Source: Eledone cirrhosa (Eukaryota). Taken from it: a DNA stretch of 64,000 nt. This document shows, one piece after another, positions 1 to 13,380 of the stretch. A program made the position numbers and the translations under genes. The notes under the pieces were generated by a model that saw only the letters and a list, made by a program, of their open reading frames with translations, was not told the origin of the DNA and did not search any database. The stretch is taken from assembly GCA_964016885.1 (NCBI GenBank), contig OZ024740.1, positions 302,560,001 to 302,624,000 on the forward strand. Direction: 5' to 3'. Numbering within the stretch: position 1 is the stretch's first letter; every line of letters begins with the position of its first letter.

Positions 1-1044
1 GGTCCCCTCGTTTCCCAGAGCACGTATTTTGCTTCGGACGATGCAGCCTTCGTGTTTCGCGTCGAAGAACTGGCCCAGGGCCGTTCTCGACGCTAGCACT
101 CTGGCCACGTCGCCGCTTCTAATTGCCTCTTCTACACTATCTACCAACTCCCTTTCCTTCCTATTTCTATTTGAGGCTAACTCCTGACTAAATTCTATAG
201 AGACTACTCTAATCTCTCTTTTGAGAGAACCCCACCACCTGCTGTTGACGATGGCGCCCGTCAACCGCTCCTTAACTAAAGTGCTAATCCGGTCCCTGTA
301 AGCCTTACTTGCCGGTAAGGACAAATTGAGCTTCCAGTAACCGGGTCCCTGTCTATGAGTTCTGTCAAGGTTGATCATGCAGGTCACTAACTTGTGGTCT
401 GAATAGCCAACCATGCGCATTGTTGGACAACTTAAAAAGTCCTTATCCTTAATTCTAACTAAGAACCTATCTAGGTACGACCTAGATGATCCGCTACGAT
501 TTGCCCAAGTCCAGGTTGGCGCAGTCGGAAAATCTAGTCGATATCTATCGGCCAGGTCAAATCGACCGATTAACCCTTTGAGGCTATTACACCCCTCTCT
601 ATCGGGACAGGCCCCTACGTAGTCCCAGCGTGCATCTAGGATACCATTCCAGTCCCCCACTAATAGCAAGGAGCGGGACGTCCCTAGAAAAGTCTCCAGA
701 CGATGGAAGAAGTCCGGCCGCATTGACCCGAAAGGGCCGTAGGCGGTTACCAACCTAAACGCTCCGCCTTTACCACTCCGGTCCAAATGTACCATCTGTG
801 TTGCGAGACCCAGATGTTTTTGCAGCAGAACGACAACTCCACCCCCACCTCCGCGCTGACAGAGAGATGCGTGCATCTCAAAGTCATCAAAGGTGGGGGC
901 CAGCTGTCGCACGTTGCTGATCCGGGCCTCGCAGATAACCATCACATCTATACGTCGTGACCTGAGGTCATTTAGAAGCATTGCTTGCTTCCAAGTTGAG
1001 CCCAGGCCACGCGCATTTAAACAGCCTACTCTTAGCATAGCCAT
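1..1044 (-). CDS. L1/Tx1-clade non-LTR retrotransposon ORF2, N-terminal APE endonuclease; runs off the window edge
   Basis: Manual translation from ATG 1044: MAMLRVGCLNARGL...VGDWNG...SYLDRFLV...YSDHKLV...GPGYWKLN...CIVRSKIRALGNEGT. These are APE motifs plus the L1/Tx1 GxWKLN motif. No stop seen in 348 codons; probably missing from the ORF track because it has no stop in the window. Confidence 0.9.
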   Translation of the reverse strand, partial: MAMLRVGCLNARGLGSTWKQAMLLNDLRSRRIDVMVICEARISNVRQLAPTFDDFEMHASLCQRGGGGGVVVLLQKHLGLATQMVHLDRSGKGGAFRLVTAYGPFGSMRPDFFHRLETFLGTSRSLLLVGDWNGILDARWDYVGACPDREGCNSLKGLIGRFDLADRYRLDFPTAPTWTWANRSGSSRSYLDRFLVRIKDKDFLSCPTMRMVGYSDHKLVTCMINLDRTHRQGPGYWKLNLSLPASKAYRDRISTLVKERLTGAIVNSRWWGSLKREIRVVSIEFSQELASNRNRKERELVDSVEEAIRSGDVARVLASRTALGQFFDAKHEGCIVRSKIRALGNEGT

Positions 1045-1100
1045 GTTGGTGGTGAAGAGAAAAGGCACTTACCTCTCTGCGTCCCAGGTATCGGGCTGCA

Positions 1101-1250
1101 CATAGATAGATAGATCATTTTCTTTTTATTTGCCACCAGGGCATCAAAAAGTGGGACAAGTACAATGGGGGGAGTTTACATAACAAGGCGTCCTCAATAA
1201 GGAGGAGGCAATAACAAAATATAAAAATAAAATAAAATATAACAAAATTG
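1101..1250 (-). mobile_element. Probable 3' end of a retroposon with a (CTAT)n tail, abutting the Tx1 copy
   Basis: Minus strand reads ...ccctggtggcAATAAAaagaaaatgatctatctatcta: a polyA signal followed by a short tandem tail. Confidence 0.4.
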
Positions 1251-2108
1251 CTGAAGGTGTGAGTGAATTTATGAAGAAACGGAAATAGATATTCAGTAAT
1301 TGACCGCGTGGATAAAAGTGTGTTTCAATGAGGTGAAGTAATCTTGAGAGAAGCCTACATTGTGTAACCTATGTATTTTAACTAAATACGTAGCTAATCC
1401 ACAGACTTTAGTAGTTTATACGATGTATTTATTAATCCGCATAGCAGAAGTGCCCAAGTAATTAGAATAGGATCAGAATTCAATTTCAATATAATGATGA
1501 TGTGCCAAAGTAATTTGTCGGCAATTGCAATAGCTGTGTGTTCGTATGAACTTATAATGTGATGACATAATTTCTCATCTAATTCACTCCAGGTACGAAG
1601 GAAATATGTTCTTGTAATTGTAGCTACATATGAAATTGTTGCTATCCTTTTCCCAATCTCTATAGAAACAATCATATTAATTTGCCGAGTGATAATCATG
1701 ATAAATACTTCTACAGAAGCTTAGTTAGTGATGCAGCATATCAGAGGCGTATCAGTTTGATATCTATTCAAAGATAGCACAATCGAAATACAATCATAAA
1801 AAAAAAACGTGTGTGATTAAGTGCACGCGTGTGTGTTCCTGAGGGTGTGTCTGTGTCTCAGTGGTTTGCGTATGTGTGTGAGTGTGAGTTTATTTGTATG
1901 CATGAGAATGGGTATGTGTTTGTGATGGAAGTTGTTTGATTATAATTTAATCAAATTAAATCTATTGCAATATATTTATTCTTAGTTTTACTATACTTAG
2001 ATATCTGTGGTTTGACGGAATCAATAGAGTGACCATCCAAGTATCGTGTGGCACTTAGGTTCGTTTCTTTCCATTATGAATTTAAATATTCTGATATTTA
2101 TATATATA

Positions 2109-2228
2109 TCTGAGTTCAAATCCCGCCGAGGTTGACTTTGCCTTTCATCCTTACGGGGTCGATAAAATAAAAGTACCAGTAATGCACTGGGTAATTGCTG
2201 GCCTTGTGCCTAAAGTAGAAACAATTAT
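2109..2228 (+). mobile_element. tRNA-derived SINE family A, 5'-truncated
   Basis: Box B GAGTTCAAATCCC and body ctttcatccttacggggtcgataaaataaaagtaccag. 18-bp TSD attatgaatttaaatatt at 2073-2090 and 2224-2241. Confidence 0.85.
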
Positions 2229-3066
2229 GAATTTAAATATTACAAAGTTTGTCTTTCATACGTCCAAGAAATACTTACTCATTGATATTAATTACGCTCG
2301 TCGATAATTACGGGGTCGATAAAATAAAGTACCAGTAATGCACTGGGTAATTGCTGGCCTTGTGCCTAAAGTAGAAACAATTAATTACGCTCTGATCAAG
2401 ATGGGAACCGCCAAGCTTAAACTGCCAATAAAATGGTGTATGTCATTAAGGCGGCCCTATGGCTTAATCAGGAGTTACGGATTTAAAAGTAAAAAGAAAC
2501 TCTGATCAATTCTGATCAAACAGATTTATGATCAATCGGGTTATATGCGGGATCCTACTATTTTTTACTCCTACAAATGATATAAGAATAGCAATTGGGC
2601 TGTTTCATTTTCAACATGCTGTAGTAAGGTGTGCTTTGAAAAGCGCTTTAATGTTATTTCTAAAAGAAAAACAAACCCCTTCGTTGACATATATTACTGA
2701 AGCTATGTGATGGAAATAATTAGTAAATGATGCAGAAGAGGCCAATCGAAACATATACTAAACAATAATATGATGATATTTCGGGAATTTAATTGAAAGA
2801 CTACCGTGTTGTTCTGGTCTGATTTCAATAGAATTTCAAATGTTAACTATATTTTACAGACTGAAGTCACACAATGATGGAATATTTTAGAAAAAAGATA
2901 AAAACAAACTTAAGTAATGAAAAAATGTGGAAGGGGTACAGAAGGGCATGTCTGGCTGTATATGAAAGTAGAGGAAAGGACTATAAATGCCATAAATGAG
3001 ACGAAAACAAGGAATATTAGGTATCGAAAGAGTGGGGAGAAGGGGAGAGAATGACAGACTCTGCGC

Positions 3067-3610
3067 CTAGCACGGAGCGGTGTTTCGGCTGCACCCTGCG
3101 AATAAAACTGCAAAGGCATTTCCGCGGACAATGGCCAACCACATCCGCTGCAACAGCCCCCCACCTCTGTCGGGCTGCTGACAATCGTATTTTGCGGAGG
3201 AGTTCGTCTTTACGAGTTTCGATGTCACCTGAATTTTCGACAGTGACCGCTGCAAAGAGGAAGTAGCCGGAAAAGACTCGATATTTGCTTATCTCCTTGT
3301 TTCTGCATTGCGGGCAGCGGTACCGGGGTTTAAGGGTGAAGCGACTACATTGGAGGCGCAGAACCTGTCACAGCAAACCGCGTTCCAGATGAGGTTTTTA
3401 CCTCCTAGGAAAGCGAAGAGTTTAATTCTGTCGGGGCGCTTGTCGCCACCACGATCGAGGCCTACTGACTCCAGTTGTGACGGGAAGCCGGCTGCTTTGA
3501 AGATCCGTCTCATTATGACGTTGAGAGGGGCATGTCGGGAGAACCGGTCTCCGCTCTGGTGGCATGATAATTTGCACAGGCCGAACTCATCCACGACAGC
3601 CATACAGGAC
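3067..3610 (-). pseudogene. CRE-like non-LTR retrotransposon C-terminal restriction-like endonuclease (RLE) fragment, degraded
   Basis: LSC..RH..LN....AG.PSQLE..GL.R..KRPD...GK.LIW...AA..AE and QRMWLAIVRGNA match the RLE C-terminus of CRE-type elements. Stops and frameshifts present. Confidence 0.75.
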
Positions 3611-4264
3611 AGCTGTATTATATATCTACCCGAGTATAAAATATACTACCAAGCATAGAACCATATTCATATCAATAATGCATTTAAGAACATGAATGAC
3701 ACCATTTTCTATTTTACCTCCAGCTGAAATCTGTTTTTTCCCTCGCTACGAAATTGTAGTTTATTGGTGATGTACCTAAGTAAATTTGCATTGGTTTTGT
3801 AATTATGGCGTAAATAAGTGAATTATGTTCATTTGAGAAAAATAACGACGCAATGTTTGAAAAAAGATGACTGTTTTGTAGACATAAAACGAATCAACAA
3901 ACTAACTAACTAAAATTGGCAGACATTCACTATTGTATATAACGTATATTAATGTATATTAATGTATATTAATATATTGTAGATTATGTTTATAATGTCT
4001 ATTAGTGTATATTAATATAATGTATATTATTTCACCATACTGTATTACCTTTAACTGTTGTTATGTCACACAGCGTAGAATAGATTTGATGCTTTCTTTA
4101 TCTACTAATGAGAGAACGTGAACATATTGAAAGATATGGCAATTATTTCAAACGAACAACTAAGATATTTGCAGCACTAAAAATGAAAATGTATCCAATC
4201 AAATATTTCTCATGTTTGTACGGTGTATTTTCTTTTTTTAATATAGCACAGTCATCCTGACCTA

Positions 4265-4314
4265 CTATATATATATACACGTATATTCATTATATATATG
4301 TGTGTGTGTGTGTT

Positions 4315-4347
<33 letters not shown>

Positions 4348-4382
4348 TTGTGTGTGTATATACATATATGTATGTATGTATA

Positions 4383-4449
<67 letters not shown>

Positions 4450-4462
4450 GTATATATATATA

Positions 4463-4523
<61 letters not shown>

Positions 4524-4530
4524 TTATATA

Positions 4531-4590
<60 letters not shown>

Positions 4591-4620
4591 CTTATATATA
4601 TATATGTGTGTGTGTGTGCA
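4265..4620. repeat. Compound (TA)n/(TG)n microsatellite
   Basis: Directly visible. Confidence 0.95.
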
Positions 4621-5647
4621 CGCGCGTGTATATGTTTTAATCTAACGTAATGTTGATATGTTTTGTTGCCGACTCGAAATTTACCATTATTGGTGTTGTA
4701 CCTGATTAAAATTACATTTATTTTATAATCATGACGTAATTAATTACATTATCTTCCTTTGAGAAAATTAATGGCAAAGTAAATGAAACAATTTAAAATT
4801 GTAAAGCTTTCTTCTTTAATCATAACGAAAATAGATGGTTCTTATATGATATACTTCAGTAGAACTATGTTCATCACAATTGTGTTGTTTGGTTGTCTAT
4901 CTATTAAAGATACATACTTCTAATTAGCAGCCTGGGTATCTGACGACTTCAATCCAGAGACACAGCCCAGTATCCGTAGATACTTTCGTCACAACAAATA
5001 ATCATTTACAAGAAAGATATTCAGTAACTGCACTCATCACAGCTTATAACCAATGCCCCAAGTGATATATTTATTCCATGATTTCTATAAACAACGGATC
5101 TATCCTATTTCATGTTCATGTACTTATTACATGTAATTTATCAACAACTGCGATTTCATTTTTTCGTTGTCTCCTGTTCAATTAAGTTCATGGAAGCAGC
5201 ACAAAAACACCGCACCCTAGGCCTAGAGCCTATCACTCTCCGATTCTTCTGTGACCCTAAAGCCCTTGCCTTTCTCTCTGTTTTCCGTTTTTAAATAACT
5301 GTAGTGTTGTTGTTATTTGAAACAGATTTGTTTACTTGAATATCTGTTGGATAGCAAGAACAGTGCCTGTCACCCTATGTTTTGTTTCAGATACTGACTG
5401 TGTCTGTGTTTGTATCTATATATACCATTATAGATAACTAGAGAGCCTTTCCTAATGTGTGTATCATACACATTCGAGGTCACAATTAGCCTAAATAATC
5501 TATTTAATAGTTACAGCCAAGGCATGTACTAAATTGACCCAGGGACTACATATATTTACTTTATTGATCCCGGGGCTATACTATATTCAGGGTAAGTTCT
5601 CATCATACCGGGGTTCATTTCAGCTTTTTGTAATGCAACAATAACTA

Positions 5648-5830
5648 TAATTGTTTCTACTTTTGGCACAAGGCCAGCACTTATCCCATTGTATTACTGG
5701 TACTTTATTTTATCGACCCCGTAAGGATGAACGGCAAAGTTAACCTCGGTGGGATTTGAACTCAAATCATAAAGGGCCGTAACTCTTTGCTGCAAAGCAT
5801 GGCGGCCGTCCTTCTACCGATACTGCCAAA
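5648..5830 (-). mobile_element. SINE family A
   Basis: Reverse complement of the 2109-2228 body, including box B (gggatttgaactc). Confidence 0.85.
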
Positions 5831-5912
5831 ATACGCTACAGCTTGGCACGACCATTTGGTTATTGGGCGGATTTAACGCATTTCACCTTTTTTCCTGATT
5901 CCCCACGGAAAC

Positions 5913-6230
5913 TCTTCTTTTTCTTCTTCTTCTTCTTCTTCTTCTTCTTCTTCTTCTTCTTCTTCTTCTTCTTCTTCTTCTTCTTCTTCTTCTTCCAGAG
6001 ATATTCGAGGGGGCTGAGTCCCCCCAAAACTCATTCCAGCAGATCCTGTCAGAGGCTATTGTCTCCAACTGATCCGGCTGGATCCCCAAAGGGACTAGCT
6101 AAGCTTATGGATGTTATCCAAATATTTCGGCCGCTTGTATTCGTGATCGTATTGTTTCGGTCATGACCAAAAGGGTTGGCACGAATTCCGAATTGAAGAT
6201 AGCGAGTTTGGTTTTACACCTACCTCTTTT
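5913..6230 (-). mobile_element. RTE-clade LINE 3' fragment with a (GAA)n tail, internally deleted
   Basis: Minus strand gives KTKLAIFNS.FVPTL..MTETIRSRIQAAE, then GIQPDQLETIASDRICW, then (GAA)n, seen as (CTT)n at 5913-5996. Confidence 0.7.
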
Positions 6231-8707
6231 CTGCTGATTTCTGTGATCTAATGGTAGGTGTTTGAGAACTGTGGAGATCCTGGTTTAGGGTTCAATCTCG
6301 GCCACGATCTACACTAAGGGTGGGGGATTCTTTTCTATCCACATAATTTAAATACACTTACATTCTCTCCCACACGTGTGTTTTCCTAATACATTTTTCC
6401 TACAGTCATAGACCTATAGATGTTCAATATGGGCGTCAATTTTATTAAGCTCAGTGGTTTTCATTCAATGTATAATGATGTTTTATATTTGTGTGATAGC
6501 TTAATATTACATTTCAGAATATTTGTCACCAAATTTACAGGAATTAATGTGTATTGTTTATACTTCCTTGGGAAAATTTAAGAAAATAGATTTACATATT
6601 GCAGAAACAACCAAGCGCTGGAATACTCTGATACATTTGGTGTAGTCCCTCTGGGTTCCGAATTCAATTTTTATCTGATGATGGCTTTACAATTCATCCC
6701 TTCAGGCTCATTAAAAGACAATGTAATGTATTGAGACGATTAAATCTATTATATCTGCTTTCATGCAAAAGGTTGCCTTGGGCCTAACACAGCACACGTA
6801 TTTTAATATGAGCAAATTTGTTAATGTTGTGAAATTCATTTCAGTGAATCTTGCCGAAGGTTCTTATCATTATAAATTAAAATAGTACTTATGTTGCAGA
6901 GTTGTGTAAATAATAATTTTCTCTATAGGCACAAGGTGTTTGCAATATTTATAGTGGAAACAGTCGATTAAATCGACCCCACTACTTGACTGGTACTGAT
7001 TTTATAAACTTCCAGAAGGCGTTTTTATGTAATTAGTGACAGGTAGATTTAGAATGTTCTTCATTTATTTTCCTTTAATAATAAATTTATGAGGTAGGAA
7101 TTAATATGATTACTGACTTCTATAGCTACTTCTTTAGTTGTGCGTTCAGGCTGTTTTCGAGGACCACCTGTTTTTGGTTTGTATTGGTTGTGTCTGTGTG
7201 AGTATGATGTTACGTGATGGATGAATGAATTACTGGGTACGGGGTGGAAATTTACGCTGATTATTATCTGTTGAAAATAATTGATAAAGTTATGAGTGGC
7301 AGACAATTTCTAGACCATATAAAATGATTTAAATCTTTTAAAGTTAGAAGAAAATATTCAAAATGAAAATACTGGAATTTATCGAAATATTGATGCTTTA
7401 ACTAAACACAATCCACAGAAATACTTTTATCCATTCCAAATATTACACTAAAATCAAATGTACAATAATATACAACTAAATTTTTTGAACACGTTCTCAG
7501 TCTAAATGTATTTCCGTGACACTAAGCAAGCCAAATGTAATGTAGATTTTGTTTCTAAGTTCAAGTCTCACTGAAGTAGATTTTACTTTGATCTTTCTGG
7601 AGTGGAAACATCAAAATGCCAGTAATACGTATTATGTCCATAGCATTTTAAACCTGTAAATCTGTAGTATTGTGTTGCAATTAAAAAGAAATGATCTTTA
7701 ATCCATTCCAATGATAGTGAAATAGCTGGAACATTGGGGTGTCGGATTCAATACCTGATATCACCTCTATATTCTGAAATCAAACCCTGCCCGAATAACA
7801 TTAAGTTTCATTTATTTGGAGTCGAAAGAATACGTATAAGAACTGGAGCGCTTCATGTCACAAGACTCCACTACTACAAATGTGTGTCATTTCAAATAGT
7901 TATATTGAGAGTAGAAATCCCAAACTCACAACAAAACCTTATTGGAAACAATTTTAAAATCCTTTATATTTATTCAAATTCAAGTATATCGATGACACTT
8001 ACACAATGGGGAGTTTAGAGTAATTTCAGCTTATTCTTATCTTTACCGTGTGTTTCTGTGCATCCTGTTATGGTGTTGTTTAATGCTGATGACGCTAATG
8101 AGTTCTTTCTAATGTTCCACTTCATGGGGTTCAAAATATTAATATTATTCATATACTATTTTCAATTTTATATACCATAGTGTCATACCAAGTCAATAAA
8201 CTATTTATATCGATGCCAAGGTATTTATTGGATATTAAATTTAGACGTTGAGATACTTATCGTGTCTCGTACAGCTAGGATTTGAGTTTCATGTTGGACA
8301 CTAATATCGTAATATTGCCGCAAATCAGTACCGAACTGTGTAAGTCAATCAAATCAGTTTCCAAACACGTTATTTCTTTTTTTATGGCGTCCACAGTATT
8401 TCAACGGCAGGTCATCAGAGCGGAGATGTTTGAACTCAAGATAGAAATTCGAAATCAAAGAATTCTAGGATATTAATCTGGTTCAGTACACTTTTTATTT
8501 ATTGTTGGAATTGTGAGAAGCTGTGAATATTAACCTAAAATTATATCTATTACCAATTTGCTTTTGTTGATGTTGCTGCAACCGCTGTTGCTGTTATTTC
8601 TGTTGGCTTGTAACCCTGGTCATCTTAAATCGATTAGAATATGATGAAACATATTCCAGGTGATCATCGTGCACGAGTACCTTGTTTAACGTGTCCTTAA
8701 TGTTTAA

Positions 8708-9073
8708 TACGAGGTCTGTCAGGAAATTAACAGCACTTGGTTTATAGAGTGCGCTATGATTTGTGTAGGGATTATTTTTAAAAGCTTCTCAATTTCAGAT
8801 CAGCGGGTGATGGGTACTGAGCAACGGACCAGCCTGAAGTTTCTGGTTCGGCCCAGGAAAACTCCATCAGAAGCCTTCGGAATACTGCAGTAAGTATTCA
8901 TAGATGAGACGATGTCGTGCTCATTGGTTTTCGAGTGGCACATAAGGATCAAAGAGGGACGCGAGGACATGTAAGACGACCTCAGGAGAGGAAGGCTTTC
9001 AACGAGCAGGACTGAATCCAACGTTGAGCGCGTGAGGCAGGTGGTGCGTGGTGATCGTCAGCTGACTGTTCGA
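8708..9073 (+). pseudogene. Mariner transposon 5' fragment (left end plus HTH DNA-binding region)
   Basis: TA-CGAGG terminus at 8708. From ATG 8810: MGTEQRTSLKFLVRPRKTPSEAFGILQ*VF..VFEWHIRIKEGREDM*DDLRRGRLSTSRTESNVERVRQVVRGDRQLTVR, with two in-frame stops. Confidence 0.85.
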
Positions 9074-9162
9074 CAAAATATGTAAGCTGAAGGCTATGCT
9101 CTACTGATGATATTAGCGAAACATATAAGGATTTGTTCCTGTACGTGCCAAAATAATAAAAA

Positions 9163-9345
9163 TAATTGTTTCTACTTTTGGCACAAGGCCAGCAATTATC
9201 CAGTGCATTACTGGTACTTTATTTTATCGACCCCGTAAGGATGAAAGGCAAAGTTAACTTCGGCGGGATTTGAACTCAGAATGGCAAGGGCCGTAACTAT
9301 GCATCAAAGCATGGCGTCCGACCCTCTACCGATACTGCCAATCCA
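9163..9345 (-). mobile_element. SINE family A
   Basis: Near full-length match to the other copies. Confidence 0.85.
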
Positions 9346-11021
9346 CAATAAAAATAATATTAAGTATTTATCTGTTAAATACTTTTACGCCAACGAATTC
9401 AACTTTGCCTTTCATCTATTCCAAGTTGATAAAAAAAATACCAGTAAAGTACTGGGATCGATTCTTCCTCTATATCTCTTTCTTACTTCCATTTTCTCAC
9501 TCTATCCAACTCTGGAAGAAACCTGCTGTATTCAGACCAGAAGATGAGACGCACAACGTCAGGTTTAAAAGGGCCCTAGAAACACCGTATGTGACGCCCT
9601 TACAACTCCCCCGGGAGTTACGGGACCATAGAAAGAAGAGCTATTCTTTTTAAGCGGATGACGTCTCTAAGTTATTTATAGGTTATATTTGTAGCCGTGA
9701 AGGTAGATCTCCTAGTATAAGTATAAACAATATTTAGTGTCATCATTTACGGCTTTGAGTTCAAATTCTCCTGGACGGTCTTTTATATTCAATCCCTCAC
9801 GATCGATAAAATACATAGATCGAAACAAATCGACTATAATTTCTCTACCGAGAAAGAAATTTGTTTATGTATGGAAGTACACGTATTAGTTAAAGATGAT
9901 TGTAATTGCATATAGAACGCAGCCTTAACGTGTTGTTAGTTTATACGTTTCTACCTTGTGTATTATACATTAATCACGTGCCGGCCTATTGAGGTGACCA
10001 ACAGCTGACTGTTCTGATGTGTAAGTCATCAATAAGGGTCACTTTATTGCTATTCAATATATTTTTCTCACAATAAATACTTGAATTAATCAATTGCGAT
10101 ATTGTCTCAACCTTATAATTGGTTTCATGCCACAACTTGTCTTTCAAATATACATCGAGCGTTCACCAATAGACTTGAGTAACGTTTGATTCCCAGTTTT
10201 CTTTCAGCCTATAATATATCTTTAAAAGTCTTCTAAAATCAATTTTAGCCTTATATAGATGTATGTACTTGCACTTACTTGAATCACGGGTTTAGTATAA
10301 CAGTAAATATATTTTAATTGGGTGTCAGACTTATGATTTAGTTGCATCTATTCTAAAATGTTATTGATATTGAATATATATAGTTAAATGAATTTAGATC
10401 ATAAAAGTTCATAAGATTTATATAATACAACAGGGAGAGAAGAGATCACTCAACCAATGAATTTGATGAGGGTTTTTTTTTTGTATATGTTTGGTTGCTC
10501 TAAGAACTAGGGCCTTTTGTTAGTGTGCAATAAATAAAAAGCTTTCCGAAAATGTGTAGTATACATTACTGCAAAGAAAAGGTGGGGAGTTTGTATGGAA
10601 GAGTTGAGCAGAAATATAACATATATCGTATAAAATATTGATGTTAGCGTGATAGCTGATGTAAATTTAATTTTTGCAAGACACATACATTTCTAACGCC
10701 TTCCTTAATTTCTACCGTCCCTCGTTATTACTGACAGTCATTCATTTTCCTGAGCTGGTTGCCTTTTGTCCATCATCATCATTATGAAGTTTCGTGTTTC
10801 CTCTTCCGTCAGTATTGTTTCCGTTTTTTTTTTTTTTTGCCGTGTGTCTTCCTGACACCTAGGGCAAATAAACTCACTCTATACATTGGTAAGCCAGGTA
10901 GCACAGCATATTGATTATAGTTACAGCTTAGAAAAAAATATATATATACATATATATATACATATACTTAAATATTTACATACATGCACAGACACATATA
11001 TACATATGCATATATAAATAC

Positions 11022-11091
<70 letters not shown>

Positions 11092-11092
11092 A

Positions 11093-11153
<61 letters not shown>

Positions 11154-11455
11154 TTAATATAGAAATTGCTTCAACAGGACTAGGACTGTTTCATTCGGGA
11201 AAAATCACACATATATATATATATATATACATACATACACATACATACATACACACACACACACACATATATATATATGTGTGTGTGTGTGTGTGTATAT
11301 ATATACATATATATATGTATATATGTATATATATATATATATGTATTTATATACAGTGATACCTTGAGATACGAGTCATCACTCGGCTAATTGTTTGCCT
11401 TGTGATACAAGCTGAGTTTTGAGATACGAGCTACGAGCTAGCGGGAGCCTGAGAG

Positions 11456-11760
11456 GGGGTGCAGAATTAATTTCGCCACTGAAATAATTTCGCCCGGTGA
11501 TCCCCAACCAAAGTTACTCCCGTCGTATATATCCGTAAAGTGACTAAAAATTAAAACAAATGTAATATATTTACTGTTAGGGTTAGGGTAAAATTAACCC
11601 TAACCCTAAGCATAACCATAACCCTAAAAAATAACCCTAACCCTAACCGTAAATATATTACATTTGTTTTAGTCACTTTACTGGTATAAACGACGGGAGT
11701 AACTTTCGTTGGGGTTCACAGGGCGAAATTAATTCAGTGGCGAAATTAATTCAGTAACCC
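11456..11760. mobile_element. Fold-back MITE nested in the Tigger element, 8-bp TSD, internal TTAGGG/CCCTAA repeats
   Basis: TSD CCTGAGAG at 11448-11455 and 11761-11768. About 130-bp imperfect TIRs starting GGGGTGCAGAATTAATTTCGCCACTG and GGGTTACTGAATTAATTTCGCCACTG. Confidence 0.85.
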
Positions 11761-11869
11761 CCTGAGAGCGGTCAGTCCACATGGTAACCTCGGCACGCGA
11801 GCATCTCTGTTGTGTTACTGTTGTGATTTTAGTTGCTTTTGGTTTATTTCGATAAAAATCTTTTCAACC

Positions 11870-13380
11870 ATGAGTCCTAAGAAAGTGAGTGCCAAGAACA
11901 CTGGCGAGAAAAAGAAAATGATGATGTCTTTGGATATTAAGCATGAAATCGTAGAAAAACATGAGCGTAGTGTGCGTGTTATTGACTTGGCAAAGGAGTA
12001 CGATCGTAGTACTTCTACAATATGTACTATTTTGAAACAAAAGGATTCAATAAAGGCTATGACACCAGCCAAGGGTGTTAAGATAATTTCTAAGCTCCGG
12101 ACCTCTGTCTATGAAGAGATGGAAAAGTTGCTGTTGTGGTGGTTGACCGAGAAGCAGCTCGCTGGAGATACCGTAACCGAGACCATCATCTGTGAGAAGG
12201 CACGAGTTATTTATGGAGATTTGGTGCGGCAGACGCCCAGATCATCCTCGGACAAGGCATCGGAAGAGTCATTCAAAGCCAGTCGGGGATGATTTGATAA
12301 TTTTAAAAAGAGGATTAGCATTCACTCCGTCGTCCGGCATGGTGAGGCTGCAAGCTCAGATTTTAAAGCAGCTGAAGAATTTACTTCATTTTTTGGTGAA
12401 CTGGAAGAAGCCGAAGGATACATCGCCCAACAAGTCTTTAACTGTGAGGAGACAGGGCTATTTTGGAAAAAGATGCCAAGGAGAACGTACATAACAGCAG
12501 AGGAGAAGAGCTTTCCACGCCACAAACCCGTGAAGGACAGGTTGACCCTTGCACTGTGTGCAAATGCGAGTGGCGATTTAAAGATTATCGCTGCTCGTAT
12601 ATCAGTCGGAAAACCCTAGGGCCTTTAAGAGTCATAAGATTCTTAAAGAAAAACTGCAGGTTATGTGGAGGGCAAACCCAAAGGCATGGGTCACCAGGGA
12701 ATTTTTTGTGCATCTCTTCCGGCGCTGCTTTGAGATTACGAAAAACACAAACCTCACCTTTCGAGAGTTCTGGAAAGAACATTATACTATCGTAGCCTGC
12801 CTCAAAATTATAGACATTGCCTGGCAGGGTGTTACAAGGAGGACCTTATACTCTGCATGGAAGAAGCTGTGGCCCACGGTTGTGTCCGAAAGGGACTTCG
12901 AAGGTTCGAACCCGAACCCGAAGAGTTAGTGGAGGAGGAGATCGTGTCAATCGGAAAATCCATGGGCCTGGAAATGGTCGAAGGAGACGTCAACGACCTC
13001 GTCGAAGAGCACAATGAGGAATTGACAACGGAGGAATTAAAGGAGCTACAGGACCAGCAGCATACAGAGATTTGGCAGGAAATTAATGAGGGGCCAGAGT
13101 CAGAGGAGGTAGTAATCCCTTCAAGTGAAATTAAGGAAATGTTGGGAATTTAGGAGAAATTTAATGATTTTATTAACAAAAATCATCCAGAAAAAGTTGG
13201 AACAAGTCGCGCGTCGGCACTGTTTAACGACACCTGCCTCACTCATTTCAGAAACATTTTAAAAGGGAGGAAGAAACAAACCTCCTTGGACAGGTTTTTA
13301 TTGAAACGCCGTCAAAGCGAAGGCGAGGAAAGTGTTGCCAAAAAGCCGAAATTCAGTGAAGATGATGATGACAGTAACTG
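11870..13380 (+). pseudogene. Tigger (TIGD1-like) transposase with stops, frameshifts and a deletion in the DDE region
   Basis: MSPKKV...CENPB-type HTH, FKASRG*FDNFKKR, FNCEETGLFWKKMP, VMWRANPKAWVTR, LYSAWKKLWP, KQTSLDRF. Stop at 12290; apparent deletion near 12710. Confidence 0.9.

Noticed and set aside
3751-4767. Diverged approximately 90-bp direct repeats (3751-3840 and 4677-4767) as LTRs
   Set aside because: No TG..CA ends, PBS, PPT or TSD; probably an old duplication.
11575-11650. Telomere fusion or chromosome-end relic
   Set aside because: Only a few units, enclosed in TIRs with a TSD; better explained as part of the MITE.
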